A stretch of 63,279 bases of DNA, the filler included, from Globobulimina sp. (Eukaryota): assembly GCA_003354225.1 (NCBI GenBank). It is 17 parts of 17 records of this genome, joined end to end, with 100 filler letters (N's around TTAATTAATTAA, not from the genome) between each part and the next. Parts side by side here need not be neighbours in the genome. Positions count along the whole stretch, not along the records: positions 33,569 to 37,196 come from PIVH01002364.1; positions 37,297 to 40,923 come from PIVH01002365.1; positions 41,024 to 44,650 come from PIVH01002366.1; positions 44,751 to 48,376 come from PIVH01002367.1; 13 more parts are not named here. The stretch is one strand, 5' to 3'. Below, piece by piece: positions 34,444 to 45,087 of this stretch (position 1 is its first letter; the number at the start of each line of letters is the position of its first letter). The translations under genes and the position numbers were made by a program. The notes beneath the pieces are model-generated. The model searched no databases, was not told the DNA's origin, and was given only the letters and a program-made list of their open reading frames with translations.

Positions 34444-35577
34444 ATGGCATTTGCATTTAGTTCAGATACAAGCAATGTTGTGATGTGTCATCCATCAGCA
34501 ACCATTTGCATGACAATGGCCAGAGAGTGGCTTGAAAAAAATGCTACGAATGCAGTACATTCACAATCATTATCAACATCATTGACAGAATTGAAACATG
34601 AGAATGAGACTAATATTCCAAAGAATAAGTATCTTGAAATCGCAAAGTCCGATTATTTTACTGCATTTAAACAAAAACGAAACGTCAAACACTTTCAAAA
34701 ACACATACAATCCGCATATAATCAATGTTGTTCTGCTAAATCAATCATCACTGGATCCTACGATAAAATATTTATTTATTCATTATTAATCAGTGCCGGA
34801 TTTATATATCACTCAGATTTCGGGGATGATAATCTCAACGGATTGAAGCAAATATATCATATTCTCTGTGAAATGAATAATGATATTCAATTAAGAAAGG
34901 ACTTAAACACTGCATTAAGCTCTGTAATATTTTGGAGAGACTTCGAGAGAAAATTAATTAATGCCTCTGTACATTTTGCAATTAGAACAAATATATTCAT
35001 CCAACGCATCCAAAATTGTACAGAAACAAACAGATTACATAAGAAAGATATGCTTTATTTGGATATTGGTTGGATTCCACGATATTATGATGGATATTAT
35101 TTTGGTAAAACAGGCAGAAACTGTAAATATCGAAGATTATGCACAAAGGATTTGCGAAATGCAATGAATGCAAACAAGGCACCAAATAGGATACAAATCG
35201 ATGATTTAATAATACATACGTTTGATTTGGGAAATACTGGTTTATATATTCAACGACATAAAGAATATATTCATCATTGGTACAGTGATGCAGATTGGAT
35301 TGATTTTTGCTTTGTGAATATGTTTATGATATTTGTGCAAATGGTTAACAATGGAAAGGTGTATGAATTAAAAGTTAATTTATATGATACAGTAAGAATG
35401 ATAAAGATGAAAATATGTCGAATGGAAGGTGATGTTTCATCGGTTATGATGAGAATGGAATATAATAATAAACGATTGCAGGACGATCGTACATTGTATG
35501 ATTATCATATTTCAAAGGATTGTTGGTTAAAAGCATCACTGCTGACATTCAATCCGTTTCTAAATCTTGTATCATAG
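34444..35577 (+). CDS. Hypothetical protein with C-terminal ubiquitin-like domain
   Basis: MIFVQMVNNGKVYELKVNLYDTVRMIKMKI..MEG...EYNNKRLQDDRTLYDYHI is ubiquitin-like; no terminal GG. Confidence 0.8.
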   Translation: MAFAFSSDTSNVVMCHPSATICMTMAREWLEKNATNAVHSQSLSTSLTELKHENETNIPKNKYLEIAKSDYFTAFKQKRNVKHFQKHIQSAYNQCCSAKSIITGSYDKIFIYSLLISAGFIYHSDFGDDNLNGLKQIYHILCEMNNDIQLRKDLNTALSSVIFWRDFERKLINASVHFAIRTNIFIQRIQNCTETNRLHKKDMLYLDIGWIPRYYDGYYFGKTGRNCKYRRLCTKDLRNAMNANKAPNRIQIDDLIIHTFDLGNTGLYIQRHKEYIHHWYSDADWIDFCFVNMFMIFVQMVNNGKVYELKVNLYDTVRMIKMKICRMEGDVSSVMMRMEYNNKRLQDDRTLYDYHISKDCWLKASLLTFNPFLNLVS

Positions 35578-35727
35578 CATAATTGTAATAATTCCGCGTA
35601 CATTTAATATCTTTATTGTGCAAGGATGTAGTGGTCAGCTGTAATTATGCAATTATGCATTAATTTATGCAATCTATTTTCTAAAAATACCAACATTTTT
35701 TACACTCAAAACTCTCAGTAGCAGTAT

Positions 35728-36864
35728 ATGCAGATGTCGTGCACCACACAAAAGTGTAAAACTTACAATCAATCTGAAGCATATGTACCTTTGTACTATG
35801 CCTACGCAGCATATTGTGAGGAAGAACTGCTAACTGAATGGAGTTGCAAATGGTGCAGCCAAGCAAGTGCTGATTTTGCCATTGAAAATGTGATTTCAAC
35901 GGACCATTTACAAGTCTTTATTGGTTTTGATAAGAATGCAAACCAAATTGTACTCTCATTTCGCGGCACACATAACTATGAAGATTGGTTTACAGACCTT
36001 GAATATCGACAAATACCATATCCCAATGTGGATAATGCCTATGTTCACCATGGCTTTTACAATGCATACACGGACCTTTCAGACAAAGGACTTGCGGCCT
36101 CACTGCAGAAATTATTGTCGACTCATCCAAATTGTACAAATATTTTGATTACCGGACATAGTTTAGGCGGCGCATTGGCAGAGTTATCTGCATTAGATTT
36201 GATTGATAACCACATCCAAAATAACAACACAAAGCTAACCATTTACACATTTGGCTGTCCACGTTGGGCAAACAAGGAATTAGCACAATATCTAGACTCG
36301 TTACCCAATATACGCTCAAATTGGCGGATTGTGAATAAAATGGATCCCGTTGCCATTGTACCAGGTAAGTTTTTAGGAACATATGGTTTCTACCACACCG
36401 CCACGGAGATATTATACACACATTTCCGGGAGGAATTGAAATACGTAACATGCGATGCAGAGAATGGTGAGGACCCCAAATGTGAATATAGTTTGTGGTC
36501 AGAAGAGGGGAATGCGCATTTATGGTATTTTAATACGCACGAAAATTGTGGGATAAATGCAGAGGGCGAACATCGGTATCATCAAAGTGTATCGGTTCCA
36601 AATGACAGCAATGAATATGGCTCAAATTTGAGCGTAAGTGATACGCATTGGATTTTTTCGATCACTCTAATCTGTATAGGCTTTGTTTCTGCGATTTGCT
36701 ATTATATCATTGTCAAAATATGGCAAAAACGTAACGGATACCAAAGCATTCCAGAGGTGGAAAAGGAGGAAAGGGAGAGAGAATTACACCAAATAAATAT
36801 GCACAGGAAGACGAAAAAAAGTAGGAAAAATATCATGAAAGTGAAATTACTGCAGACAAATTGA
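35728..36864 (+). CDS. Class-3 lipase with C-terminal TM anchor
   Basis: SFRGT, VHHGF, ITGHSLGGALA nucleophile elbow, YTFGCPR, RIVNKMDPV and a C-terminal hydrophobic segment. True start uncertain. Confidence 0.9.
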   Translation: MQMSCTTQKCKTYNQSEAYVPLYYAYAAYCEEELLTEWSCKWCSQASADFAIENVISTDHLQVFIGFDKNANQIVLSFRGTHNYEDWFTDLEYRQIPYPNVDNAYVHHGFYNAYTDLSDKGLAASLQKLLSTHPNCTNILITGHSLGGALAELSALDLIDNHIQNNNTKLTIYTFGCPRWANKELAQYLDSLPNIRSNWRIVNKMDPVAIVPGKFLGTYGFYHTATEILYTHFREELKYVTCDAENGEDPKCEYSLWSEEGNAHLWYFNTHENCGINAEGEHRYHQSVSVPNDSNEYGSNLSVSDTHWIFSITLICIGFVSAICYYIIVKIWQKRNGYQSIPEVEKEERERELHQINMHRKTKKSRKNIMKVKLLQTN

Positions 36865-37296
36865 TAATGTATTTTTTTAAATTGTTTTGATGGAGTTTTT
36901 AATTAAGTTATTTAAGTAATTTTTTTCACGGAATATGTATATGTATATATAGTAAACAAACAACTGCACAACGTTTGGTTAACAAAACCTTGACAGGATA
37001 ATGCGGAGAGCAAATAAATAAGAATAAGAACCAGAATACGAATAAGGATGGATCAGAGAAGAATTATTTTTTTTTTTCTTCAAAACACTAAGAAATCAAT
37101 TAAAGATTTCACCTAATACACAAGCAAGAAACACTAATAAATAGTATAAACAAACAAGGATACAGGCCCTTTTATTTGGGGGCGAAACCAATGAACNNNN
37201 NNNNNNNNNNNNNNNNNNNNNNNNNNNNNNNNNNNNNNNNTTAATTAATTAANNNNNNNNNNNNNNNNNNNNNNNNNNNNNNNNNNNNNNNNNNNN

Positions 37297-37836
37297 ATCA
37301 ACGTTTTGGGTCAACACTTCCACCAAATAAGTCGCGTCTGTTTGGCAGAAGAAACGTTTGATGATGAATGAAGTTAAGGATTCGTTGAAACCAATGCCGA
37401 GAATACCGACACAAATAAGCAGCAACGCGAAGACCGATAGTATGGTGCGGTCGGGGTAGTTCCCGTTCGCAGTGCCTTCAATGAAACCGGTGACAGAGGC
37501 GATGCCCGACGCAATGGCAGAGGTATGCGCAATACCCATATAGGTCAAGGATAGCCATATAAACCAGCCGCCAATGCCGAGTAATACACCCGAGGTCAAT
37601 CCCATATAACTGAAATGAATGCTTAATGGCGCTATTATTGTCACGATGATTGTTGTCAGGAGACAGAATAACACCACACCGCATTGAAAGTAAATGTTGA
37701 ACACCATTGGATTTAGGTTGCACTGTTTTACTCTTTTAATTTTACCAAAGACGGGGAATATTGCGGTCATTATAAGGGAGGCGATGGCTAATAAAAAGCC
37801 AATTATTTGAGTCACAGACGCCTCTGTTTGCGCCAT
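37297..37836 (-). CDS. DMT-superfamily (TMEM144-like) transporter, 3'-partial
   Basis: Five TM helices with GLTSGVLLGIGG...MGIAH; truncated by linker. Confidence 0.6.
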
Positions 37837-37891
37837 GACTGAGTCTAACTTGAGTTGAGTTGAGTTTTCGTCAAAAAGTACAATACAAAAA

Positions 37892-38952
37892 TCAATGTCT
37901 TAATTTCCGAAAAGCTTTGTCAAAATTACCCAAACATTGATCAAAGATTTTCTTACACTCATCCTTTGATTTGTTTGTCACACTCACCAATATATCCACT
38001 TGTTTGTTCCTTAGCCGTTCCAACGCGATGGAAAAATGTCCTTTCGACTGATCATATTCCAGGGCACATTCGCTATAATTCAGTCCCGTCGCTTTCTTCA
38101 ATGAGGCAATATGAGTCACTCTCGACTTCCTTCCATCGATATCCTTTGGTAAGTTCATATGTATCCGGTTCGTTAATCCATTGCCAGTTTTTGGATCATA
38201 AAAGATTGGATATGCGCTGCCGCCGGCTTCCACCGGTTTGATACTACGCAATCCGTCCCTATGTAGCGCCGGTTTGCTCGACTCCATCAAACGAGATATC
38301 TCTTCGGGTCTTTGTCTGTTCACAATATCGCCTAATTTGGCGGTATAATGTCTCTCGCTCCAATGCACGCCTTTCCACTCAATGTTTTCCTCATTGATCG
38401 CCTCTTCGATCTCCTCTTTGCTGGCTGTTCCATGCGGGATCATTTTGCGCAATTCCAAGGGGTCAATCTCTACGCCGCTTAACGACAATTCCTCCTCTAT
38501 ATATATTACAAAAACAGTTAGAAACGTAACACAGATGAATTTTATAGAATTTTCTCCTGGAACACAGTACCGGGCGTTGATGGATTGGCGGACTGTTGAT
38601 CCACAATATTGTTTTCTTGCAATTCCGTGGGAATATCGCCGCAATCCGGGATGTTTGAGTTTGAATGTTTTGGTTTGAATTGAATGTCTTTATAGGGTTC
38701 AATGTTTATATTTGATTTTGCTTTTGATGGAGGCTTTGAATATCTTTCCTCGAGCGGTGGTGGTGGATACTGTGTTGATAAACGAATTGGTGTTTCATGA
38801 TCACTTTTTTGATGGTCTGTAGGTGAGCTGCTCGAAGGTGTGTTTGTTGAAAATCGAAAAATTGTGCTGTAATGGCAGTTGAAGTGAGTGGATGTATGTT
38901 TGCAGCGGGTGATGGATGTTAAATGTTGAAGGAATCGCACACAAGGTTTCAT
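37892..38952 (-). CDS. Mitochondrial-targeted protein with two C-terminal EF-Ts-N/UBA-like helical repeats; 2 exons
   Basis: Presequence-like MKPCVRFLQHLTSITRC; intron 38497-38570; IASLKKATGLNYSECALEYDQSKGHFSIALERL and VDILVSVTNKSKDECKKIFDQCLGNFDKAFRKL. Confidence 0.6.
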
Positions 38953-39088
38953 GTTGAAGACAGTTTTTTTTGTAGCAAATGATAAAATCAGATAAATATA
39001 ATATTTTGTATACAAATAACTTAATGTACAACAAAAGAGACGCGTTATAAGTATAACGTATGGAAATAAAGTAAAAGATCAGTAAGCA

Positions 39089-40279
39089 TCATTTTTCGTA
39101 TTGATCAAACCATTCTGGTTTATCCTCATCACATCCAACTAAACTTTTAATTGTCTCAGTCATTGATTGAAAATCATTTCTTTTGACAGTATCTAATTGC
39201 TCTGACGACATAGTATCGGTTATGTTTACTTTATGTGGCCAATGTCCCGTTGTTGTTTTATCTCTGTAAGCTTTCAATCGGTATTTGGTATAATCCTCAA
39301 CATTCAATTTCTTTATTTTTGATTTGGGCGACATTGCAATATAAGATACCATTCGATTAAATTCATTCTGTTTAGTGTCATAAATATCGATATCATCATT
39401 AATATCTTTTAATGGATAGGTATTACAATGAATGGTCCTTCCATCCCAAATTAATAAATCACCGCATTCCATATTAACCAATAATTTGTTATATTTATTA
39501 GTGTTATTCCGATCATCCAAAATCCAATGATTTAATGGTAATTTTTTGAAAAAAGGTTTAATTTTTTCCGTTGCTTTTTTAAACACCAAATGACTCCGTG
39601 GAATGACAACAGTTCCTCCGGTAAATTCATTCTGTTCTTGCAATGAAATCAGACCTTGATATACATCAAAATGCGGCAATTCATTGTAATGTTGGTCAAC
39701 ATGGAACCATTGTTCTCGTGTTTTGTATTCAGTATTTGTATCATTCCATGGTCGATAAATACCAATGCCATCATACGATGTTAATAAATTTTTATACGAT
39801 GTTTCATTCCAAAGCGATGTCCAAATATTTAATAATTTCAATCTCGTTCTTAAGTACCACTGACACTCATTTTGTCCAACACCTTTTTTATAGAGAACTC
39901 CAGTTTTTGTATAACCAGGAAATGTTTGATTGGTCCAGGTCGAGGGATCGTTTCTATTCCAACCAATATTAATTTCACTTATCCATTTCCAAAACAATTC
40001 TTTTGCTGTATTTATCTCATTTTTATTGATTACATTTTTAAAAACAACAAAACCATTTTGTAGTAGGAATTGTTTTGCTGAATCAATTGATTCATAATCA
40101 AATCGATAATGTATTGTTGGCGCGTGCGCATTTTTAGCATTTGTATTTGAAGGATAATAGAAGAATCCTCTGATTTTAGGCAATCTATTCATTAATTTCA
40201 TTTCAACAGTATCTTGTGGGTATAACAGATCATCTAACAATGAAATTAGTTCATCAATCACTTTGATGAGTTCTGACAT
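39089..40279 (-). CDS. Phytanoyl-CoA dioxygenase (PhyH)-family Fe(II)/2OG oxygenase
   Basis: FLLQNGFVVFKNV, WFHVDQ (HxD), GGTVVIPRSH, GDLLIWDGRTIHCN. Confidence 0.85.
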   Translation of the reverse strand: MSELIKVIDELISLLDDLLYPQDTVEMKLMNRLPKIRGFFYYPSNTNAKNAHAPTIHYRFDYESIDSAKQFLLQNGFVVFKNVINKNEINTAKELFWKWISEINIGWNRNDPSTWTNQTFPGYTKTGVLYKKGVGQNECQWYLRTRLKLLNIWTSLWNETSYKNLLTSYDGIGIYRPWNDTNTEYKTREQWFHVDQHYNELPHFDVYQGLISLQEQNEFTGGTVVIPRSHLVFKKATEKIKPFFKKLPLNHWILDDRNNTNKYNKLLVNMECGDLLIWDGRTIHCNTYPLKDINDDIDIYDTKQNEFNRMVSYIAMSPKSKIKKLNVEDYTKYRLKAYRDKTTTGHWPHKVNITDTMSSEQLDTVKRNDFQSMTETIKSLVGCDEDKPEWFDQYEK

Positions 40280-40330
40280 TATCGATTTTTAGGTTCGTAT
40301 GATCAACATTTTTGAGTTTTTTCTCAATAT

Positions 40331-40923
40331 ATATATATAACATGGAGTCAACAATGAAAGGCAAATATGAAGGGATGCGGATGGTGTTTAATTTCATCGA
40401 TTACTTTGTGAATATTGAAGCATTTCCTTCAGTGTATATCATTCCTGATGTTTTGCTGTTCAATATTTATAGATATATACAAAAACTAACAACAGTCAAT
40501 GATTTAATCTCTGCCCCAAAACTGTGGCAAGAAAACACAAATGATTATTATGATGCAACTGAATCAGTAATACATGAATCATCAATGAAATTATTTGCTC
40601 GCCGCTTTGGATGTGTTGCTGCTGTGTTAACCACCCAACGTTTGCATTTTATATGGACTCGGAATTATGCAATATGCTTCTAAAATGGATGAAATATTGG
40701 ATGGTGAAGATAACATTGATAGACAAACCGCAAAACAAATGGCCATTAATTTGAATTTGATAGACGACGCAGAGACAATGGAGTTGCGAATAGTGCCATA
40801 TTTAATGGGATCAAAAAAGGAACTTCTTTTCAAGATATTACTTACAAAACAACGCATTTCTTCATTATTCTCATTGTTTGGATTTCCTGTAATCCCTCGA
40901 ATTTTTAGTTTTACAGATTTGAT
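40331..40923 (+). pseudogene. Frameshifted hypothetical gene, 3'-partial
   Basis: ORFs 40312-40683 and 40667-40923 overlap in different frames with no evident intron. Confidence 0.4.
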
Positions 40924-41483
40924 NNNNNNNNNNNNNNNNNNNNNNNNNNNNNNNNNNNNNNNNNNNNTTAATTAATTAANNNNNNNNNNNNNNNNNNNNN
41001 NNNNNNNNNNNNNNNNNNNNNNNCAAATTATAATTCTTTTATTTGTACATGTCGTGAAAATAAGCTACAAAATGTTAAGCTGCCTGTCACATTCTCAAAA
41101 ACTGTAGTAAGCTGAATACTAAATCATGTCGCATGGAGAGAATTAAATCAGATACGTTTTGATTATGTTTTGTTTTGTTTTGTGTGTTGTGAAAAATATA
41201 ACATTCTCAGAACGATGGCGTATGGCTGAATTGGTTGATAATAAATTGGTTCCGATCATTATCCCAAATTGCCAACAATTTATTATTCATAAACGAGAAC
41301 AATTTTATATTATTTGCGCATCGCAATTCGCACCAAATCCCAATGTTCATTGCAATCAAACACCGCGTAATATAATTCTGCCCCTTCCAAACACGTCGCC
41401 TTCGCCGCCAATCAACGCAAACTGCAAAAAATTCAGCCAAAATATCCCAACAAATTATCCAAAACGAGGCGCACAATCTACAT

Positions 41484-42797
41484 ATGGCCCAATCTGCCAT
41501 TCTCATTCTTCGCGACAACAACAATCACCAAATTAAATCACTCACTGTCAGCAATGCCATCTCATCTCATTTCATTCCACTTCGCATACGGCAACAATGG
41601 CCTTTTTTTTGCAACTTTATGGCGATCTTACACGGCATCTATGCGCGCAACATGCGGCTCCGCCGGCTCATCCGCACCCAAATGAGCAACTGCTGCTTTC
41701 GTGTGATCTATTCCTCGCCGCATAGCGAGGAACACAGCGTGCACCAACGGGAGGACGATGTGGAGAACGGGATCAGCGAATGTTTGCAGTTGGTCTGCTC
41801 CATCATCCAGGGGCTGACCACGCCCATCAAGCCCGAGTATAAGAACATTTTGTACAATGTGCTGATCCCATTGCATAAAGTGCACAATCGCAAATTGAAC
41901 AAGTTCCACGAGACGTTGCTGGCGTGCTGCATCCAGTTCATTTTGAAGGATCTGAACATTGGCCTGGATATTCTTACGGGTTTATTGAAGTATTGGCCCT
42001 TTCAATCGGCCTCCAAATCCGATATGTTTTTGAAGGAGATCGTGATTATAATCAACACCATGATGACCGACATCGACACGGCGTTGCAGTCGGACGACGA
42101 TGAGGAGGATGAGGATGAAGAGGAGGAACAGAAGCGGCGCGAAAAGAACGTGTTTAAGTACAATGATCGCGGCGTGAGGGTGGCCGCGCAGATTATCGAC
42201 AAGTTGATTGAGTGCATGATATCGGACAATCACTGTTTAGCGGAGAAGGCGCTGTTGGCCTTTGGCGAGGTGGGCGTGCAGAAGTTGCTCGATCTGAACA
42301 AGGAGCAGTGTTGGAGCCGCATACTGTTCATCTTGTTCGATAACAGGGACCACAAACGGCATTGGTGTGTGCCGCTGCATGAGTCGTTCGACGAGGCGTT
42401 GGATACGTTTGTGATTCGCGACGCGAAGTCTGTGCAGCGCTTCGAGAACAGCTATAAGAAGAAAAAGGAGGTTGTGAACCAGTTTAAAGAGGGATATTAT
42501 GAGAATGGGTATAATCCGATCTATCCGGACGAGGCTGTGTTGTTTATTGATATCAAGAAGGACAGACATAAGAAGTACAAACAAATTCGAATTATGGCCA
42601 ATAAGAATAAACATAAATTGCCGCCGTCAGTGGCGAAGAATGGACATAGTAAGAACGTGCATAGTGAGCCAGCGATATCGGACATGGATTTGCCAAAACC
42701 GCCAAAGAAAAAGAAAAATAATCAAAAGTCAAAACCATCGAAATCGAATAAAAAAGCGCCGAAAAAAGCATTGCCAAAATCTGAGAATTTCGTTTAG
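41484..42797 (+). CDS. PP2A regulatory subunit B56/B' family (divergent); upstream part degenerate
   Basis: ILHGIYAR...IRTQMSN, NGISECLQLVCSIIQG...PIKPEYKNILYNVLIPLHK, QFILKD...GLLKYWP, HCLAEKAL. Confidence 0.85.
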   Translation: MAQSAILILRDNNNHQIKSLTVSNAISSHFIPLRIRQQWPFFCNFMAILHGIYARNMRLRRLIRTQMSNCCFRVIYSSPHSEEHSVHQREDDVENGISECLQLVCSIIQGLTTPIKPEYKNILYNVLIPLHKVHNRKLNKFHETLLACCIQFILKDLNIGLDILTGLLKYWPFQSASKSDMFLKEIVIIINTMMTDIDTALQSDDDEEDEDEEEEQKRREKNVFKYNDRGVRVAAQIIDKLIECMISDNHCLAEKALLAFGEVGVQKLLDLNKEQCWSRILFILFDNRDHKRHWCVPLHESFDEALDTFVIRDAKSVQRFENSYKKKKEVVNQFKEGYYENGYNPIYPDEAVLFIDIKKDRHKKYKQIRIMANKNKHKLPPSVAKNGHSKNVHSEPAISDMDLPKPPKKKKNNQKSKPSKSNKKAPKKALPKSENFV

Positions 42798-43158
42798 AGT
42801 GTTTTTGTGACATTATATTTTTTGTGTTGGCGTGTAATTAATTGCTTTAATAATTAATACAGATTTGTGTGTTATGATTTTTATGTTTTTGTTCGTTCCG
42901 TTTTATATTATTAATATACATAAATTGTAAAATTTAATATCAACACTTTGTTTTAAATTTCTTTTCACTTTTTTGCCGTCCACATAAGGCTTGTTTTATA
43001 GCTTGCATTTTTGATTAATTTTTTTGCTATTTATTTCATTTTTTTGTTGCTGTTCCAATTTGTTCCAATTGTATTCATAAAAACGCAGTGTTTTGAAGAT
43101 AAGAAACCATATTATATAATCAAAGTCAGGTTTTTTGCTTACACCCTGCCAGTGGACC

Positions 43159-43995
43159 ATGTCACAATCACAAACGCAAAAACAGAAAGAAGCAATAGGA
43201 AGACGTCAATTCAATATATCGCCTTCAGAACAACTAATTGATCGTATGTACTATGCCTACACACACACACTTTACCATTCACAATTAAATATTGCCACAT
43301 TGATAGATTTAAGTTGCAAATACAAATCAAAACTGAGTGCAGGTGGAGCGTTATGGATATTTAAATGGCATTTTTGTTATTATTCCAATATATTTGGTGC
43401 AGAGACCAAAATACGAATAAGAACCTCTGAGATTGCGCAAATATCCTCCTCTGGAAATTCATCCATTGGCATCATAACCACTAAAAACAATGAATCGCAT
43501 AAATTTGTTGGCTTCCCCTCCAAAGAACGACGGGATGCGGTTGTTCGATTCCTAACAAAACAGCACAATCAACACAAAAAACACATGGCTGCCAGCTTCT
43601 CGCCAGCAACTCCATCGATTAATAAGTCACCAAAGCACACACACTCGCATTCATTAAGCGATGCAAATATTAGCTCAAATTACTTGACACACTCAATGTC
43701 TATGTCAAGTACTAGCAATTCACATAAATCGATATCCCATTCACCAACCAAACCGGTGTCGGTTGATGATAGCTTTGCATATAAGACAGCCAATCAAATA
43801 TTTTGTAAAAAATGTTTTGACATTTATCATAACTCTATTTTTCATAACTCTATTTTTCAACGTAACCATCAATTTGATATTAATAATGAGAATATTATTT
43901 GTATTAAATGTTTAATATCTTCAATTTGTTTCAATTCAATTCAATTCAACTCAACTCAACTTTTGTCTTTTAAAAATAATAATTTTGTGCTCTGA
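43159..43995 (+). CDS. GRAM-domain protein (3' part after ~43780 doubtful)
   Basis: FNISPSEQLID...SC...GALWIFKWHFCYYSNIFGAETKIRI, the GRAM pattern. Stop-free intron 43244-43306. Confidence 0.7.
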   Translation: MSQSQTQKQKEAIGRRQFNISPSEQLIDRMYYAYTHTLYHSQLNIATLIDLSCKYKSKLSAGGALWIFKWHFCYYSNIFGAETKIRIRTSEIAQISSSGNSSIGIITTKNNESHKFVGFPSKERRDAVVRFLTKQHNQHKKHMAASFSPATPSINKSPKHTHSHSLSDANISSNYLTHSMSMSSTSNSHKSISHSPTKPVSVDDSFAYKTANQIFCKKCFDIYHNSIFHNSIFQRNHQFDINNENIICIKCLISSICFNSIQFNSTQLLSFKNNNFVL

Positions 43996-44750
43996 CAATA
44001 AGTGCGTATAATTTATACATTTTAATTGTTCTCATCTCAATCTTAAATTGTTTGTGGCTAAGGAGGGGTTGGAGGGTGGTTGGGTGCGGGGTGCGGTGTG
44101 GGGTACGGTGTGGGCGTGGTGGGTGTGGAGGGCGTGTCTGACTGTGTGGCAAATCCATAATAAAAATGCACTGGTTTCCAATTCTTTTCTTGCTTAAATT
44201 GTTTTATCCCTTGAGATTGAATGTAACTTTCTTATTCTTACTTTTTTTTCCTACTTTTTGTATATCCATGTTGTGAATGAGGTGTTAATAATATTTCATA
44301 TAATAAGCAATAATAGCATCCCTAAAATGATGTGCTTTTGATCATGACATTGATTGCATAAATTATTAATAATAATTGATTGTTATTATCACAAATAGCA
44401 GATACCAATAACAAATATATATAGCGTAATCAGTTAATATTGTCTCTAGAGGTCAAATGTAAACATTTTCACACTTTTTTACTTTTTCCTAGACTTAATT
44501 GAATGCCGCATGCGCATGCTTTTCATTATAAAATGGTTTTTTGGTGCAAATATTACGGATAGGTATTTTGGTCCAAATATCAACCGTCGTTGGCCAAAAT
44601 ACACGTTGTCGGTATACTGACAGTAACTAGAGTCGAAATTTGGGTCATGCNNNNNNNNNNNNNNNNNNNNNNNNNNNNNNNNNNNNNNNNNNNNTTAATT
44701 AATTAANNNNNNNNNNNNNNNNNNNNNNNNNNNNNNNNNNNNNNNNNNNN

Positions 44751-45021
44751 AATGCTGCAAATTGCCAACCAATGGAGATGTTAATATATCACAAGCATAT
44801 AAAACAGATAAAGGTCGGGAGACTGCTAAAAAAACGACAGTGATGAGATTGCAAAATATCACTATTCTCGAATATCTTTTCTTAATTAATTGTTTGTTGC
44901 GAACTTGAATGTAAATGTGCAAATAATACAATAATGCAGGCACTAAAACTCCCCATGATAGCAAACAAAACAACCATGCCGCAAAGTTACGACCGTCCCA
45001 GTCCTCTGTTAACAGCGACAT
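44751..45021 (-). CDS. N-terminus of a 7TM(-RGS-type) membrane protein, 3'-partial
   Basis: TM1, then RNKQLIKKRYSRIV, then TM2, as in 7TM-RGS N-termini. Confidence 0.55.
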
Positions 45022-45087
45022 TGTTTTAATATTAAAGTGTTTAAAGACAACACTAAATTAAAAAACACTTGTCAGTGAATTCGAACC

